64,000 nt of DNA, from NCBI GenBank assembly GCA_035084275.1, contig CM068778.1:1364001-1428000 (forward strand), in the 5' to 3' direction. Shown here in pieces: positions 60,986 to 64,000 of this stretch (positions are counted from its first letter, which is position 1; every line of letters begins with the position of its first letter). The translations under genes were made by a program, and so were the position numbers. The notes under the pieces were generated by a model. It did no database searches, had not been told where the DNA came from, and saw only the letters and a program-made list of their open reading frames with translations. The DNA is from Hydrolagus colliei (lineage: Eukaryota).

Positions 60986-61369
60986 CCCTTTTCTAGCAGC
61001 ACAGTAATACACCCCCTCCTGGGCTGTGTTGCTGATGGAGATCTCCAGGGACGAATCCTTGTCGTCACGTGTCTTCGTGATGTTGTAGCCAGATTTGAAA
61101 CCCTCCTCATAAGTTGGGTTTAACAGATAAAAATAACCTATCAATGTGAGGCCTCCCTGGTGGGGTTGGATGTACCAGAGCATTGAATCAAGGGCTGATT
61201 CATTCTGGTAACATCTCAAAGTCACAGTCTCTCCCTCTCTGGCTGTGACTGTCCCCGGCCACTGAGTCACCAACTCTGCCAGTGACAGACCTGCAAAGAC
61301 AATATAACAATGTGATCCTGTTGACAGGGAATCTGGATGTACTGAGGGTGTTCCTGGGTTCAGTCCCTG

Positions 61370-61411
<42 letters not shown>

Positions 61412-61555
61412 ACACACACACACACACACACACACAGACACATAGTGGACCCATCGCAGCCAGACTGAGGCTGCGGGAGAACAGAGAGATTGTGGGAGAT
61501 ACTCACAGGGCCAGAGGATGGAGATCAGAGAGACGGTGAGAAACGACAGACTCAT
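60986..61555 (-). CDS. TRBV: TRBV V11 (leader 61507-61555, V exon 60986-61290)
   Basis: Open frame; CACAGCG-23-ATATAAACC. Confidence 0.92.
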
Positions 61556-62212
61556 TGTTGGTCAGAGACTTGGATCAACTTGAGGATCTTCACACTAGAG
61601 CTCAGTCTCCCTCCCTTCTCTCTCTGTCATACGCTCTTTCTGTATCTCTCTCTCTCTCTGTCTCTCCCTTCTATTCAACTTTCTCAACAACACTGCACTC
61701 TCTCCCAAATGTTGTGTGGCTCTATATACCACACACTCTCACCTACATAGACACACAATTTCTGCCTTTCCCACACATTCCCTCACTCTCTCTCTGTGTG
61801 TCTGTGGAATGAAGCACACCAATGCCACCAATGTGTCAGCACCACATCGGAAGTCAGTGTCTCTCCTCCCTCCCCCCCACACCCCCCAACCCCCCACCAC
61901 CCAACCCTAGAAGGGAGGGGTCCAGAGAGCTTACAGTCTCCCCATGGTATGGACTGGGAACATTGGGTCGCAAGATTGGTCTCAGATTCACGGTCAGAAG
62001 CACAGAGAGCCATGTCTAAACTGGTCTTCAATCTCTTTTTCTCTCTGTCTCTTAAACGTCTGTGTTGATGTATTTTGTTTTTTGCAGAGGCTGACGGCAG
62101 GTGTTGGTGGTGGGAAAGGCTGGTTTGTGTGTCTGTGAGTGTGGCGAAGATACACGTTGTGTACCCTGTGTGAGGTTTATGTATGAGAGATCTGTCTCTC
62201 TCTCACGCTGTG

Positions 62213-62761
62213 CCCTTCTCTTAGCAGCACAGTAATACATCCCCTCCTGGGCTGTGTTGCTGATGGAGATCCTCAGTGAGGATTCCTTGTAGCCTTCAGT
62301 CTGTGTAATGGTGTAATTGGCAGCAGCAAATTCCTTCTCATTGTTTGGTGTTGACAATGAGCCATATCCTATCAATGTGAGGCCTCCCTGGTGGAGTTGG
62401 AGGTACCAGAGCATCATTTCTAGGGCTGAGGTGTTCTGGTAACATCCCAAGGTCACAGTCTCTCCCTCTTTGGCTGTGACTGTCCCCGGCCACTGAGTCA
62501 CCAACTCTGCCAGTGACAGACCTGGAAAGACAACACAGTGAATGTAAACCCACTGACAGGGAATCTGAGCTGAATGTCCTGTAGAAGTTCCCAGGGTTAC
62601 ACAAACGCACAATTAAAAATTGGAATCATTTTGCACAGAGTGGAATGTGATACAGAATCCCAGTGGGAATGGTAGCCTGAGGGGGGATTGAGAGATGTGG
62701 AGAGATACTCACAGGGCCAGAGGATGGAGACCAGAGAGACAGTGAGAAAGTACAGATACAT
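62213..62761 (-). CDS. TRBV: TRBV V12 (leader 62713-62761, V exon 62213-62521)
   Basis: Open frame; one extra nt after CAA in the junction region; CACAGCG-23-ACATAAACC. Confidence 0.9.
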
Positions 62762-63414
62762 TGTTGGCTGAGAGTTGGTTTAACTTTGGGATCTTCACAC
62801 CAGTGCCCAGTCTCTCCCCTGTGTTCTATACTCTTTCTGTATCTCTGACAGTCACTCTTTCTGCTTGACTTTCACAATGACACTCCCGTCTCCACCAAAT
62901 TCTTTTCTAGCTTGGTATCTCACATACACTCTCTCGCTCTCTCTCACACACACACACTCCCCCTCTGTCTTTCCAGTGAAACTCTGGAAGAGTTCAAGAC
63001 ATCAATCACAACATTAAGTTGGAACACCCAATGGAAGTGATGTTTGACCCCACCCCTCGACCCAATGTGACATTGGTGGGAGGATTGAGGTGTGGGGGAG
63101 GGGTATGTGTCTTGGTGAAGCTAAAGCCTCTACCAGGGTATGCTAGGGTGGGGGTCACAAAATTGGTCACAGGTTCACAGTAAGACACAGAGCACACAGT
63201 GGACAGGCAAGTTCAGATGGAGCCGTGTCTACTTTGAAGCTGAATCTCTTTGATTCTCTGTGTTGATGTGCGTAATGCTTGCAGAGGCAGGGGCCAGGTG
63301 TTGTTTGGGGAACGGCTGATTTGCCTGTGTGTCTGTGTGTGTGTGGTGAACTGAGACGTTGTGTACCCTGTGTGAGGTTTATGTATGAGAGATCTGTCTC
63401 TCTCTCACACTGTG

Positions 63415-63967
63415 CCCTTCTCTAGCAGCACAGTAATACACCCCCTCCTGGGCTGTGTTGGTGATGTTGATCTTCAGTGAGGAATCCTTGTAGTCATCAC
63501 TCTGTGTAATGGTGTAGCCAGATTTAAAATTATTCTCATAATTTGGCCTGGAGTTGCTGCTATATCCTATCAATGTGAGGCCTCCCTGGTGGGGTTGGAT
63601 GTACCAGAGCATTGTACGAAGCAAAGTATTGTCGTGGTGACATGTCAAAGTCACAGTCGCTCCCTCTCTGGCTGTGACTGTCCCCGGCCTCTGAGTCACC
63701 AACTCTGCCAGTGACAGACCTGCAAAGACAATGTAACAATGTGATCCTGTTGTCGGGGAATCTGGGCTCAATGTGATGGGTGGATTCATGAGATGCTTAA
63801 CATACACAAAGAGGGTTCATCTCGGGCACAGGGAGAGGCAGGGGATGGGATAAGCTGAGATAAACGTCTGTTGGATTGAGAGTTGGTGGAGAATAGAGAG
63901 ATGATGAGAGTTACTCACAGGTCCAAAGGATGGAGATCAGAGAGACAGTGAGAATGGACAGACCCAT
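63415..63967 (-). CDS. TRBV: TRBV V13 (leader 63919-63967, V exon 63415-63719)
   Basis: Open frame; CACAGTG-23-ACATAAACC. Confidence 0.93.
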
Positions 63968-64000
63968 TGTTGGTCAGAGACTTGAGACTAACCGTGGGTT

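Overview
Vertebrate genomic DNA, probably from a cartilaginous fish (inferred from the repeat content and the divergent TCR sequences). Right half (about 33.3-64 kb): the 3' end of a T-cell receptor beta (TRB) locus on the minus strand. It holds 14 closely related V segments (12 intact, 2 pseudogenes) with 23-bp-spacer RSS, one D (GGGACAGGGGGGAGC, 12/23 RSS), 4 intact J plus 1 pseudo-J, and one C gene whose Ig domain is split over two exons. One intact inverted V lies downstream of C on the plus strand. Left half (1-30.3 kb, minus strand, running off the window): a large modular lectin gene with one signal-peptide exon, 10 intact single-exon C-type lectin domains, 1 decayed lectin exon and about 14 short spacer exons, most Pro/Thr/Ser-rich. 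Six of these are near-identical 117-nt mucin-like exons. Every internal exon I could define is phase 1-1. Introns carry L2 and CR1 LINE fragments, tRNA-derived SINEs, a TA-flanked MITE and microsatellites. All exon boundaries were read by eye and need RNA confirmation.
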